NCBI GenBank assembly: GCA_048884965.1
Contig: JBHLQH010000027.1
Span: forward strand, 1-46,379
Direction: 5' to 3'
Length of the DNA: 46,379 nucleotides
From: Candidatus Thorarchaeota archaeon
Lineage (GTDB): Archaea; Asgardarchaeota; Thorarchaeia; Thorarchaeales; Thorarchaeaceae
Made by a program: the position numbers and the translations under genes. The notes under the pieces are model-generated. The model did not search any database and was not told the DNA's origin. It was given only the letters and a program-made list of their open reading frames with translations. Shown here one piece after another: positions 36,733-46,379 of the stretch (position 1 is the first letter of the stretch; every line of letters begins with the position of its first letter).

Positions 36733-37503
36733 TTATCGGTCATGGAATGAAATATTGTAGTAACGGAGAGCATTGGAGGTTGTTGTGCTTGCAACATCCT
36801 CTTCTGGGAGATTGAGCAAGTTTGCTAGAGAACTACACCCAAAGGAAACATTTGATGGTTCATTCCTTCGGTCGTCTGTGGGGGAGAGATAAGGAGCATC
36901 GGTTTCCAGCATGATCTGTTCAAGCGGCAAGATAGATGCAGCTTGAACTCGATTCTTGGACCTCTGGAAATTAGCAGGAAGAGTGATAGACCATCCATTA
37001 TCAGCTATTCGCTTTGCAATTTCAGGAGTGCCATCAAAACAATGCATGAGCACAGATCCTGAGAATGCCTGTTCGAGAATCTCAGTCGCCTCTGCTTCCG
37101 CTTTTCTAGAATGAATGACAAGTGGCAGATCCAACTCAGTCGCAAGCTCAATGAAATCCCTGAATAATGGTTCTTGAGCCTTTCTTCCTTGAGAATCTTT
37201 TATCCAGTGGTAGTCGAGACCTACCTCTCCGATAGCAACGATTTCAGAACTATACTTTTGGATTAGAGAGATTATTGAATCAGCCTCATTCCGTGTGAGC
37301 TGAGAAACGGAGCATCCTGCTGAATGATGAACATATCCACGGTGTTTCTGTATGATTCCGAGAGTTCTACGAAAGGAACCAGTGCCAATAGAACTGGTCA
37401 CCATCCCAATGAGACCCTGTTTCTGGGCTCTAGCAATCACTTTCTCTATATCATTCTGGAAATGCTTCATATCGATGTGTGTGTGAGCGTCGAAGAGTTT
37501 CAT
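36733..37503 (-). CDS. tatD: TatD family deoxyribonuclease
   Basis: DAHTH, AIGEVGLDY, LPLVIHSR, MHCFDG, LETDAPYL, RNEP. Start ATG 37503. Confidence 0.95.
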   Translation of the reverse strand: MKLFDAHTHIDMKHFQNDIEKVIARAQKQGLIGMVTSSIGTGSFRRTLGIIQKHRGYVHHSAGCSVSQLTRNEADSIISLIQKYSSEIVAIGEVGLDYHWIKDSQGRKAQEPLFRDFIELATELDLPLVIHSRKAEAEATEILEQAFSGSVLMHCFDGTPEIAKRIADNGWSITLPANFQRSKNRVQAASILPLEQIMLETDAPYLSPTDDRRNEPSNVSFGCSSLANLLNLPEEDVASTTTSNALRYYNISFHDR

Positions 37504-37582
37504 GGATACCACTCGTTGATGAATAGGAGTACCTAAGAGATTCACTTTAATTCTATTGGATGCGACACATATCTGATTAAGA

Positions 37583-38479
37583 ATGTCAGATCCCAACGAG
37601 CGACTTCGCGAGAAAACCATGCAGGTTACGCAATTGAACCAACGTTTAGAGTCGATGCAGGCACAACTAAGTGGAGCCCAGCGAAGAGCTTCTGAGTTGC
37701 ATACTCAAGTTCAAACGCTTGAGACGCAGCTGGCAAGTAAGGATTCAGAGATGCAAGCACTGCAAGCAGAATTGTCAAAGACAAAAGCAGCACTAGATGC
37801 TGTCGGACGAGAGATGCAAGGTATTCGATCGCAGAAGACGGAAGAGTTCGCAAGACAGAAACCAAGAGAGGATAACACAACAAAAGAAGAACTCAAGAAA
37901 GCAGACTTGAAGATAGTACGCCTAAAGGATGACATCAAGAAGTTGTCCGAAGCTGCTACGGGAGTGCTTCTTGGGCAGGAAGGTGCCCTAGATAACCTTG
38001 GGGAGGTTGTCAAGTCCGTTGGAGATATTCAACACCGAATATTCAATCTAATCCTGGAAAGACGCCATCTGAAGATAGATGAGATCGCCTCTCTTCTTCT
38101 CATCGAAACTGCAGAAGTACTCGATGCTGTTGATAGTCTGCAGGCATTGGGAGAAGTAGAGATGAAGGATTCCAACACTGTCGTCCCAGCAAAGAAATAT
38201 CGAGAAGTGGCAATCCCCCATGAAAAATGGAAGGATATGCGCCCCGCTGAAATATTCGATTCCCTTGAGGAGATTGTAGAGAAGGCTGAAGGGAAGGAAA
38301 CTATTGTTGAAGCGCTTGAGAAGGCAGTTGATATACTTGAACAGAAGCTTGCTCGTGGAGGGGCGTTGATATTCCAGATGCGAAGAACAGCGGGAGACTG
38401 GAACAAACAGGAAGGGAATGCAGAGGAATTACGCTATACAATTAGAGATTGGCGTTCGAGAGCGATTAGCCTCCAGTAG
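37583..38479 (+). CDS. Coiled-coil + winged-helix + helical C-terminal protein, hypothetical
   Basis: About 125 aa of heptads, then IFNLILERRHLKIDEIASLLLIETAEVLDAVDSLQALGEVE (wHTH-like). Confidence 0.75.
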   Translation: MSDPNERLREKTMQVTQLNQRLESMQAQLSGAQRRASELHTQVQTLETQLASKDSEMQALQAELSKTKAALDAVGREMQGIRSQKTEEFARQKPREDNTTKEELKKADLKIVRLKDDIKKLSEAATGVLLGQEGALDNLGEVVKSVGDIQHRIFNLILERRHLKIDEIASLLLIETAEVLDAVDSLQALGEVEMKDSNTVVPAKKYREVAIPHEKWKDMRPAEIFDSLEEIVEKAEGKETIVEALEKAVDILEQKLARGGALIFQMRRTAGDWNKQEGNAEELRYTIRDWRSRAISLQ

Positions 38480-38480
38480 C

Positions 38481-38876
38481 TCATTCGTTACCATTCTTCT
38501 TGAGTGCTTCTCTGACATAGGCTCCAAAGTCGGAGGTTTCGCCGTCCCTTTGAACACGAATCTTGGGTTCTTCACCTTTCACTTGGCGTTCGATATAGCG
38601 AATATCGATTTGAGAGAAAGTCTGTCGGATACCACGGTATGTTACCAAATAGAGAATGATGTCCCTTATTCGAGATGCAACAGGCGGTTCTACCTGATTG
38701 AGCTTCTCTAGGTACTCCATTGCATCGGGTTCAAGGAAACGCTTGAGAAGCTTGCCTCGTTCGACTTCTACTTTCTCTTGCTTCTCCTTTGTTTGTTGGA
38801 GTTGCTTTTCCCGGGCTATAAGTTGAGCCATTTTCTTTCGTCTCAGCATCTCAAGCTCTGAATCATCATCACTCAA
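38481..38876 (-). CDS. PDCD5/TFAR19 family dsDNA-binding protein
   Basis: DSELEMLRRKKMAQL...LKRFLEPDAMEYLEKLNQVEPPVASRI. Confidence 0.85.
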   Translation of the reverse strand: MSDDDSELEMLRRKKMAQLIAREKQLQQTKEKQEKVEVERGKLLKRFLEPDAMEYLEKLNQVEPPVASRIRDIILYLVTYRGIRQTFSQIDIRYIERQVKGEEPKIRVQRDGETSDFGAYVREALKKNGNE

Positions 38877-38979
38877 TGGCAGTTCCTCAAGCTTCAGTTC
38901 TATACCTACTGTACTTAAGATTCTCGATGCGACGAGAAGTCCTTTTTAGTGCTAATAGTTAACTCAATAACAGGATTAC

Positions 38980-39948
38980 TTGACAGTATTCATTGCCCTA
39001 GAGATGAGCAGCATGGAAGAAACGAGTTGCGATTGGCTAGTGAAGGTTGATGCGGGATACTACTGTAAACTTAGAAACCAAAACCTGCCTATTCCTGAAG
39101 TTACGCAGAAATGCCTCCAAACCGACCTAGCAGTCATGTGTGTTGATGCTTATAGCTCTCTCTCACGAGGCAAGGAAAGCTTGAATGAAAGGAGTACAGA
39201 TGCCTTTCCTTGGTTGATGGATGCAGCAAGCCAATTCGAAAATCTGGGCGAACTGGATAATTCCATAAACGCAATATCAATCGGAGTTGATTTCGCGTTA
39301 AAGAACAACTTGGTAGATAAAGCATACTCCTTCTTCAGCTACGGGAGAACGATCTATGAAACAGGGGCCATAGAGGGAGACCCTTCAGTGAGTAATCCTG
39401 CGATAAAGAAGCATCTCATATCACTGGGAAAAAGAATCCTCAATACTTCACAAGATCCAATTGAAACCTCACCTCTATCTGCGGTTCAAGCAGAGCTGAA
39501 AGCATCCATTCTAGGCGGAGTCAGTCTAAAGAAGGCCGAAGTTGCAGAGGAAGATAGAGACCTTGTTATCTCGCATGGAAGAGCACTTTATGAGAGAAAG
39601 GCCATAGAATACCGTGAAGGAGCTCAGAAGTATTTCGATTCAGGAATCCCAGGAAATGGAGTTGTCTTCGCGTGCATGGCAGCACTTTCAGACCTTATGC
39701 TTGGAAAGACCAAGGAAGGCATGTCATATCTTGTGAAAACAGCTGCGAATCCAGAGGTTAAGGATGATTTTCAAGGACACCCATGCTTTAGGTGGACTCG
39801 TTTAGTCTTTAAGTCATTAGTAGACAGGAGTAAGGAAACCATAGTCACTGCACAGAAGATGTTTCTCCAAATCCCATGGAGCTATAAAGATGACAAGGAA
39901 TTCGCTAGAAGAGTCATGGAGTCGATTGAACGTCGCCTTAATGCTTGA
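38980..39948 (+). CDS. Hypothetical protein, Cys-containing N-terminus and TPR-like helical repeats
   Basis: CDW...YYC...C...C followed by helical pairs (DAASQFENLGELDNSI; EGAQKYFDSG). Start uncertain (38980/39004/39013). Confidence 0.65.
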   Translation: MTVFIALEMSSMEETSCDWLVKVDAGYYCKLRNQNLPIPEVTQKCLQTDLAVMCVDAYSSLSRGKESLNERSTDAFPWLMDAASQFENLGELDNSINAISIGVDFALKNNLVDKAYSFFSYGRTIYETGAIEGDPSVSNPAIKKHLISLGKRILNTSQDPIETSPLSAVQAELKASILGGVSLKKAEVAEEDRDLVISHGRALYERKAIEYREGAQKYFDSGIPGNGVVFACMAALSDLMLGKTKEGMSYLVKTAANPEVKDDFQGHPCFRWTRLVFKSLVDRSKETIVTAQKMFLQIPWSYKDDKEFARRVMESIERRLNA

Positions 39949-41278
39949 TTCTCATCTTTGCAATAAAGAATCCATCAGTATTATCTGAATGAGGAAATAA
40001 TCTACGCACCTTCTTCGTACAATCAAAATCGGGATATCCAGCTCGCTCAATTCCAGGTATATCCAATAGCTCAACGTCGTACTTGTTCAGAATCGTATCA
40101 ATTTGGTTCTCTCCTTCATGCGGTAGAATCGAGCAGGTCGCATATACAATTTCAGTTCCGGGATGGAGCGAGTATCTGGATATTATGCCTTCTAGTATTT
40201 TATTCTGGATGGCCATGATTGAGAAAAGATATCTCTTATTCAGTCTCCATTTGTAGGAAGGGTGGGTCCTCAGCATTCCGGTTGAGCTGCAAGGTGCGTC
40301 GATCAGAATTTTGTTTGCTCCAGTAATGGGACATTGCGATGCATCACCTTGCATCCATTCCACAGTGTTGGTGCCTAAAGCATGAGAACGCTCTTTTGCG
40401 ATATTCAATCGTTTCGTGTTGAGTTCAGTTGCTATTAGTTTTCCTTTCTGTTGCATCATTTCCCAAATCAACTGTGTCTTCATCCCAGGAGCAGCACAGG
40501 CATCCCAAGTTATTTCCTCGGGCTGAGGTGAAAGTGCGTGAACCGTCAACACACTTGCTTTATCTTGAATCAAAACCTCGCTATTAAGAAAAGGTCCAGA
40601 TTGCACCAACAAATCCATTCCAGATAGAACATGAAATAAACCAGGAACGGTCCGATCTTGTTCTAGATTCACACCAATCGATGATATCTCATCTATAGGA
40701 TCCACCGCTGTTGTGCGAAGTCTGTTACGTCGTAAATAGGCAGTACCTTGAGAATTGTTAGAATCCATCAAAGATAGAGCCTCCGACTCACTCATGTTCG
40801 AAAATAGAGTGTCTACAATGAAGCTTGGATGCGAGAGTTTCAAGCTGGTCCTTTCATTTCTAGGCAATCGAACGATTAGCTGATCGAGATCTTTTGAGAT
40901 GGCCTCTTTTAGGATGGATTGCATCTGACTGTTTTCATCTGCGAACAAGTCGATGAGACGTTCCGGGGAAATCTGTTGCCATCGTGATTGAAAAAGAGCG
41001 ATTCGGAGCATAGCGCGAAAACGTGGAGAAATATCGCCAAAAGAACCTCTTCTGGTGGAACGACTAAGGATGAAATCAATTGTATTCAGGTGCTGTATTA
41101 TGCCCATGGAGATGTATTGAATCTCTGAATAGATCTCCAACGTATATGAGGTTTCAAGACGAAACGTACGTAGAATAGAACGCAATGAAGCTCGTTCTTT
41201 GTCATATTTGAGAAGTATACCTAATACCGCATCTTGTACAATGCGACTCTTGTCCTCTTCATCATTCGAACGATTCAT
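39938..41278 (-). CDS. RsmB/NOP2 family RNA (cytosine-C5) methyltransferase with NusB-like N-domain
   Basis: IQDKAS, WDACAAPGMKT, ILIDAPCSSTG, VYATCS, DGFFIAK. Confidence 0.93.
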   Translation of the reverse strand: MNRSNDEEDKSRIVQDAVLGILLKYDKERASLRSILRTFRLETSYTLEIYSEIQYISMGIIQHLNTIDFILSRSTRRGSFGDISPRFRAMLRIALFQSRWQQISPERLIDLFADENSQMQSILKEAISKDLDQLIVRLPRNERTSLKLSHPSFIVDTLFSNMSESEALSLMDSNNSQGTAYLRRNRLRTTAVDPIDEISSIGVNLEQDRTVPGLFHVLSGMDLLVQSGPFLNSEVLIQDKASVLTVHALSPQPEEITWDACAAPGMKTQLIWEMMQQKGKLIATELNTKRLNIAKERSHALGTNTVEWMQGDASQCPITGANKILIDAPCSSTGMLRTHPSYKWRLNKRYLFSIMAIQNKILEGIISRYSLHPGTEIVYATCSILPHEGENQIDTILNKYDVELLDIPGIERAGYPDFDCTKKVRRLFPHSDNTDGFFIAKMRIKH

Positions 41279-41290
41279 TCTTCTCGCCAG

Positions 41291-42964
41291 TTACGTAAAC
41301 TCAATATCTGGTCCTATATGTACATACTTCATCCTCGTTAGCATCTCTGGAAAGAACTTCCCACCGATTATCCCTGAATCCTTGTAGCCTCCTAGATGGG
41401 GCATATGAGGGTCGAAATAGAGATGATCTTGACCTACATTCACGCCAGCAGACTCAATGCCTTTCACCCATTGCATACGTACCTTTGAGTCATCCGTGAA
41501 TATTGACGAACGAAGTCCAAACCTAGAAGAGTTTGCGATAGCAAGAGCCTGCTCAACACTACTAACCTTGAGGACGGGTAAGGCAGGTGCAAAAACCTCC
41601 TCGGTCATCAGACGCATATCAGGCGTGATATCTGTGAGGACCGTGGGCTTGTAGAATAGACCAGCAGGATCTTCCTCTCCGAGGAAATTCATTCGATATC
41701 CTCCAGTCTGAACCTTTGCACCCTTCGCCAGAGCGTCTTCCATTTGATCCACTAGGAGATACAACGCAGTCATTCCTACAGGAGGCAACGTGACTTGCGG
41801 GTCCGATGGTAATCCAACCTTCAACTTCTCTGCCTCTTCGATTACCAGCTTCAGGAGATCATTATGTAGCGAGTCCTGAACTAAAAGGCGTTTGACTGCC
41901 ATGCATGCCTGTCCACTTCCCAAATATCTGCCCTTGACAATCATCTTCGCAGCAAAATCAAGATCGACATCACTCCCCCATACAAGGCTGGCATCACTTC
42001 CAGCCAATTCTGGAGCCATCTGTATCCGATGTGACATGGCAGATGACCATAGCTCGAGGCCTCTGTCACTATCTCCATACCATACAATGGTTCCTACTCG
42101 AGGGTCTCTCATAAACCGGTCCATCAAACCTTTTCCACTACCCGTTATTGCTTGAATCATAGCGGGAGGCAAGTCGAGCTCTAAGAATTTCTCCATGAAT
42201 ATTCGACCGAGAAGGATTGTGCTCAGAGGTACTTTTGCTGGAGGTTTGAGGATCGTGGAATTTCCAGCCAGAATGGAAGAAGTTATACTTAGAATGCCTA
42301 AAGCCAATGGAGAGTTATAGGGAGTGAATAGACAAGAAACACCATAGGGTTCTCTAAATCGATAGTTCTTCCCTCCATCACTTCCTGGAGCTTCTATGAT
42401 GTCAAGACTTTGACCCCATAGCTCGAAAGTTTCACGCTCCAGGTACTCTGTGAACATTTTCCATGTCCAGTTGAAAGTACCAATGGGCACTCCCTCCTTA
42501 ACAGAAACGTCACGTACTTCCTCAAATCTATCTTTGACTGCCAAACCAGCTTGGTAAAGTGCATCCACTCGATCGTCTAGTGTCGCGCCTAGTCCCATCG
42601 TTCTGAATGGGTTGAACAGCTTTTGATGGTCACGTACTCCAGCGTCTAAGGCTTGATTGATGTCCGAATCTCTAGCAATCGAAACGTGTGCGTAGACGAT
42701 GTCATCAATCTCATCCTTTGAGTATTTGGGAACTCCATGTGTCCTTACATAGTCCTTCAAGTATCTAGTTTCGGGAGAACTTTCAGGTATCATACCGGGT
42801 GCTCTTGTAATCATCATCTTCTGCATTGAAGATGCGCTTTGAAGCTGCAGTGCAATAGCCAGACCAGGGTCAGCAATTACCCGATCCATATCAGGAAATG
42901 GCACATACTTTCCAGTGTCAACTTCTTTTCCATCAACCAATATTGGATAGATATCCATAGGCAT
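41291..42964 (-). CDS. Aldehyde dehydrogenase family protein
   Basis: REPYGV...TPYNSP, AGNSTILKP, ELAG, catalytic GQACMA, EEVFAP, ANSSRFGL, GGYKDSG. Start approximate. Confidence 0.9.
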   Translation of the reverse strand: MPMDIYPILVDGKEVDTGKYVPFPDMDRVIADPGLAIALQLQSASSMQKMMITRAPGMIPESSPETRYLKDYVRTHGVPKYSKDEIDDIVYAHVSIARDSDINQALDAGVRDHQKLFNPFRTMGLGATLDDRVDALYQAGLAVKDRFEEVRDVSVKEGVPIGTFNWTWKMFTEYLERETFELWGQSLDIIEAPGSDGGKNYRFREPYGVSCLFTPYNSPLALGILSITSSILAGNSTILKPPAKVPLSTILLGRIFMEKFLELDLPPAMIQAITGSGKGLMDRFMRDPRVGTIVWYGDSDRGLELWSSAMSHRIQMAPELAGSDASLVWGSDVDLDFAAKMIVKGRYLGSGQACMAVKRLLVQDSLHNDLLKLVIEEAEKLKVGLPSDPQVTLPPVGMTALYLLVDQMEDALAKGAKVQTGGYRMNFLGEEDPAGLFYKPTVLTDITPDMRLMTEEVFAPALPVLKVSSVEQALAIANSSRFGLRSSIFTDDSKVRMQWVKGIESAGVNVGQDHLYFDPHMPHLGGYKDSGIIGGKFFPEMLTRMKYVHIGPDIEFT

Positions 42965-43042
42965 TACCTCAGGCTGTGTGAGCAAAGCTGGTCATCTCAT
43001 AGCATCTATGAGTCTTTCGCTTGATGACTAATCCTGTCTATG

Positions 43043-45937
43043 CTAGAGATTTCGTAGTAGAGCGGTCGGATCTGTGTCTAAGGCTCGTCGAGTAGGAATG
43101 AAACACGCGCCTAGCAAGAGAACGAGCTCAATCAATACTAAGATTGAGAGCTGTAGAAGAGGGACATAGGGAAGATAGATGCTACTGACCCATAGAGGAG
43201 AAATGCCCAATGAGAGAGTGGTCAATGTTATGCCCAGTGTAATACCTACTACCAGACTGATCAGCATTGCAGTCAACACTGCACCAGCAAACTCTTGGAA
43301 GATTAACGAGGTGATTTGTTGCCTTCTGGCTCCAACTGCTCGTAGGATGGCGTATTCCTTTGCTCTAGAGTTCACTGCAGCTGATAATAAAGTAAGGATA
43401 CTAAACATACCCATTACTCCAAGAAGAAGTACAGAAATTGCGGTGAGACTCTCGAAGCCGCTCAAGAATAGATCAACTTCCCGTGATATTTCTCTAGGGG
43501 CGGATGTTTCTGGAGAATAGGCATCAAGATCGTAATTCGATTCAAGTGATGAAACTAAAGCGGTCATATCCTGTGTTGAGAGGACACTTGCCAAAATTAG
43601 TTCTGTATTTGTAATGCCTGTAGCTGCTTGAATAAAATCAAAGTTGACTAACGCGAATCCACCCCGCCCTATCTGAAATCCGAAACCAGTCGACACTGAA
43701 CCAGAGGACCTGTCCTGAGTGGATGCCAGACCAAATCCTGGAGCGCTTCTCACTAATCCTACTATCTTGAGTGCAATCTGGGATACTTGCGGTCTAAAGT
43801 AGGAAACTGTAAGATTATCCCCAACAGTCTTATTCCAAAGAGTGGAATATGTTTCACTAAGAATGATACCACGAGGTGTATTTGCTAATACTCCAAGCAC
43901 TGCTTCCGTGGAGTTCGAGATAAAGCTGTCAGTATGGAAATGTCCAATTCGAAGATACTTCTCCGGGTCTATGGCTTCGAGATAGAAGGAATGGTCTCCT
44001 ACTTGGGCATCCAATTCAATCACTGGCATCGTTTCGAGTATACCTGGATAATGTCGTAAGGTTTCGTTGAGATATATCGATGCATTAGTAGATTCAAGTC
44101 GAAGGTCAGCTCCTATAGCGTAGTCAATTTCTAGTTGGAGATGATGGTTGAAACCTTCCATTTGTACATACATCATATTTGAAGTCGAAAGAATTATTGT
44201 TAGAATAACAAGAAGAGGGATTAGTCTACCCTTCCTCTTTCTGAGACTCCTTGTCATATAGAGACTCTTCTCCCCCAAAAGGAAAACCAGACTCTCACTT
44301 ATGGATGAGAGCACTTGCCTGGCAAAACGAGCTCCGTATTGTGCCATTATATACAACAATATCGTAATCAAGAGAATCTGTAAGATGCCTCCCAGCCCAA
44401 ATGGTGATATTATGTAGGGCATGAGCGTTATACCACCGAGAATAGCGATTAGTAATACGCCCAACTTGCCAACGTTCTCCTTCATTTGAATTGATTCTTG
44501 AAGATTCTCAGAATGCAAAACTAGCTCTTCCACCTCGATGAAACGACCGATTTGTAGGAGGTAAGTAATAGGTAGCGCGAGAGCAATTATTACTGCCATT
44601 ATTATTCCAAGATAATTAGGAACTAGATTATCCCAAAATAATATCAAATCGGCTTGGTTATACTGGAGTACTCCTTCACTTGCACCCATCAGGACGCTGA
44701 AGAAGATTGATAATAGCAGACTCAAAGAAACCGAAATTGCAAACAGAATGATTGATTCCCATATATAGCTTGTAAGGATCTGATTATATGATGCTCCTTT
44801 CACTCTGAGAAGAGAAGCTTCACCCTTTCTTCGAAGTACAGCACTCTCAGAAGCATTGATCATGATAATAATTGCAATGAACAATGAAGGGAACGCCAGT
44901 AGTATGATGATTCTACTCTGTTGGTATGTTTGTATGTGGCTTCTAAGATTCTCAACCTCTTGAATCCCCCACACATCAAGACCTCTCGGTTCCCCAATTA
45001 TATCCATCAAACTCATCAGTTTCTCAGGGATAAGGGATTCTCCTGTTGTCAGAAGCTCGTCGGCATCTGCTTGAATAAGACTTGAAACAGAAAAGAAGCT
45101 CCTAGTAGAAACCTCCTCAATAACTTCGGGGGGAATAGTTTCAGTACTGACAATTACTGAATCAAAGACCCCTAGAACAGGTTCAGGGAAGGCAAAGGGA
45201 TCCACAAGTTTTCTAGTCATTGAGATGAAAGCATTACCGAATACGCTCGTACCCGCTGCAAGATCAAAAATGCCAACAACCGTCAGATTCATCATCGTGT
45301 GACGTCTATTTCCCTCCATTGTAGGAAATCTGCCATGTGCACCTAGTACAATATCGAGGTTTATCGAATCGCCGATCTGAATCCTGCGTCCAGTAGCTAG
45401 CTCCAAGTAATCAACAAAGAAAGAACCAACAATTATTTCATTAGAGCTAATTCGAAACTCTCCTGAGTAATCAAAGAGTGGCTTCCAACGTTGAAGGGTG
45501 GACTCATTGGCAAGGATTATGCGAGCATCCTTGTAGCCCTGAACGTAATAGAGATCTTGATTCAGCGGGTAGCTATCGGTATTTTGCATATGTCCATCAA
45601 CGATACAGATTGTTGACATCATTCTGTCAATGCTCTTGACCCAAGGATGGCTCGAAAAGACCTCCTCGGCTTGAAGAAGTTCATCGTATCCCCCTTCAGC
45701 CTCATAATCGATTGGCTTCATGCCAACTTGATAGACTGTATCATCAACAAAGGCATTTGTTTCAATTCTGATACCAGTTGATGTCCAATTCATAACGGCA
45801 GGAATAAGTGAAACACCAAGTGCGAGGATAATTGCGATGCCAGCATTATGGAGTCCATTGCTACGTAGTGACTGAACCGCATATGCAATAGGCCATAATC
45901 GGCTATCCTGACGAGATGCTCTTCTATACGCTGCCAT
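43043..45937 (-). CDS. FtsX/MacB-like ABC transporter permease (duplicated)
   Basis: RRKGEASLLRVKGAS and RAKEYAILRAVGARRQQI...PTRRALDTDPTALLR are FtsX motifs; two extracellular domains. Confidence 0.9.
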   Translation of the reverse strand: MAAYRRASRQDSRLWPIAYAVQSLRSNGLHNAGIAIILALGVSLIPAVMNWTSTGIRIETNAFVDDTVYQVGMKPIDYEAEGGYDELLQAEEVFSSHPWVKSIDRMMSTICIVDGHMQNTDSYPLNQDLYYVQGYKDARIILANESTLQRWKPLFDYSGEFRISSNEIIVGSFFVDYLELATGRRIQIGDSINLDIVLGAHGRFPTMEGNRRHTMMNLTVVGIFDLAAGTSVFGNAFISMTRKLVDPFAFPEPVLGVFDSVIVSTETIPPEVIEEVSTRSFFSVSSLIQADADELLTTGESLIPEKLMSLMDIIGEPRGLDVWGIQEVENLRSHIQTYQQSRIIILLAFPSLFIAIIIMINASESAVLRRKGEASLLRVKGASYNQILTSYIWESIILFAISVSLSLLLSIFFSVLMGASEGVLQYNQADLILFWDNLVPNYLGIIMAVIIALALPITYLLQIGRFIEVEELVLHSENLQESIQMKENVGKLGVLLIAILGGITLMPYIISPFGLGGILQILLITILLYIMAQYGARFARQVLSSISESLVFLLGEKSLYMTRSLRKRKGRLIPLLVILTIILSTSNMMYVQMEGFNHHLQLEIDYAIGADLRLESTNASIYLNETLRHYPGILETMPVIELDAQVGDHSFYLEAIDPEKYLRIGHFHTDSFISNSTEAVLGVLANTPRGIILSETYSTLWNKTVGDNLTVSYFRPQVSQIALKIVGLVRSAPGFGLASTQDRSSGSVSTGFGFQIGRGGFALVNFDFIQAATGITNTELILASVLSTQDMTALVSSLESNYDLDAYSPETSAPREISREVDLFLSGFESLTAISVLLLGVMGMFSILTLLSAAVNSRAKEYAILRAVGARRQQITSLIFQEFAGAVLTAMLISLVVGITLGITLTTLSLGISPLWVSSIYLPYVPLLQLSILVLIELVLLLGACFIPTRRALDTDPTALLRNL

Positions 45938-45995
45938 TTTGTAGAAAAGGAAGGAAACTGCAAATCAATTAAGTAAGTCGCTTTCAGCAAAGAAA

Positions 45996-46379
45996 TTACT
46001 CATCAACGAGAGGACGTTCATACATCTGAACAAGCATGCCAGGATATTGCTCGTAAGGGTCGCCCCATGGACGAAAACCAAATCGTTTCATTAGTTTTTC
46101 ACTGACTTCTTGACCTACCAAGATATTACAATAGTTTCGTACGCAGCCATGGTCTTTCCCAAATTCAGCGAATTGCATGTACATAGCTGATGCGAGACCA
46201 CTTCCGCGACAGACCGTACTAACGGTTTGATGCTCACCAAAGAGACCTTTCTCTGTTATGATAGCTTTGTACAAGCCCACAATCCTTCCTTCAAGCCGAG
46301 CTCCAAAATAGTGGTAACCAGATCTCATGTCTTCAATAATCTGTTCAGGTGTGTACATGCGTTTCTTACGCCAATCCTC
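45996..46379 (-). CDS. GNAT family N-acetyltransferase (N-terminus probably beyond the window)
   Basis: VSTVCRGSGLASAM acetyl-CoA motif and LMKRFGF; the frame stays open to the window edge (EDWRKKRM...). Confidence 0.8.
   Translation of the reverse strand, partial: EDWRKKRMYTPEQIIEDMRSGYHYFGARLEGRIVGLYKAIITEKGLFGEHQTVSTVCRGSGLASAMYMQFAEFGKDHGCVRNYCNILVGQEVSEKLMKRFGFRPWGDPYEQYPGMLVQMYERPLVDE

Noticed and set aside
37504-37620. N-terminal extension of tatD
   Set aside because: Overlaps the divergent gene; the family motif begins at MKLFDAHTH.
36733-38876. TatD + PDCD5 as a proto-apoptosis module
   Set aside because: Both are widespread archaeal housekeeping genes, are separated by an oppositely oriented gene, and show no evidence of a functional link.
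1-46379. tRNA, rRNA, CRISPR array, IS elements
   Set aside because: Intergenic gaps are short (about 300 bp or less) and none showed cloverleaf/T-loop motifs, spaced direct repeats or transposase ORFs on manual reading; a covariance-model scan was not run.

Overview
Gene-dense chromosomal segment from an Asgard archaeon, most likely Thorarchaeota-like. This assignment is inferred from GGAGG/GGTGA Shine-Dalgarno sites about 8 nt before starts and from a longin-domain protein, an E2F/DP-like RRxYD winged helix, PAC2, PDCD5 and a small CxxC protein. I saw no rRNA, tRNA, CRISPR array or mobile element. Ordinary content: a split dpp/opp peptide ABC transporter, DUF92, stomatin/NfeD, a CPBP protease, an ArcE/cDPGS-like P-loop enzyme, a PaaK-like ligase, MazG, an EMAP tRNA-binding protein, TatD, RsmB/NOP2, ALDH, FtsX and a GNAT. 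Five things stand out. (1) A ~10.5 kb cluster (16.1-26.7 kb) holds three paralogous CDC48-N-domain + VWA modules and an amidohydrolase; its 873-aa protein is a catalytically degenerate fusion of paralogs of the two genes transcribed divergently from it. (2) A GCS2/YbdK-type carboxylate-amine ligase is fused to about six cytoplasmic beta-sandwich repeats and sits next to a degenerate formylglutamate-amidohydrolase-like gene. (3) An E2F/DP-like factor has TTTTCG/CGAAAA inverted repeats upstream. (4) An HTH-pseudo-PfkB regulator faces an ECF S-component across a palindromic operator. (5) Three genes of the VWA cluster appear to use non-canonical start codons (ATC, CTG, ATT). All calls come from reading motifs by eye; no database searches were run.
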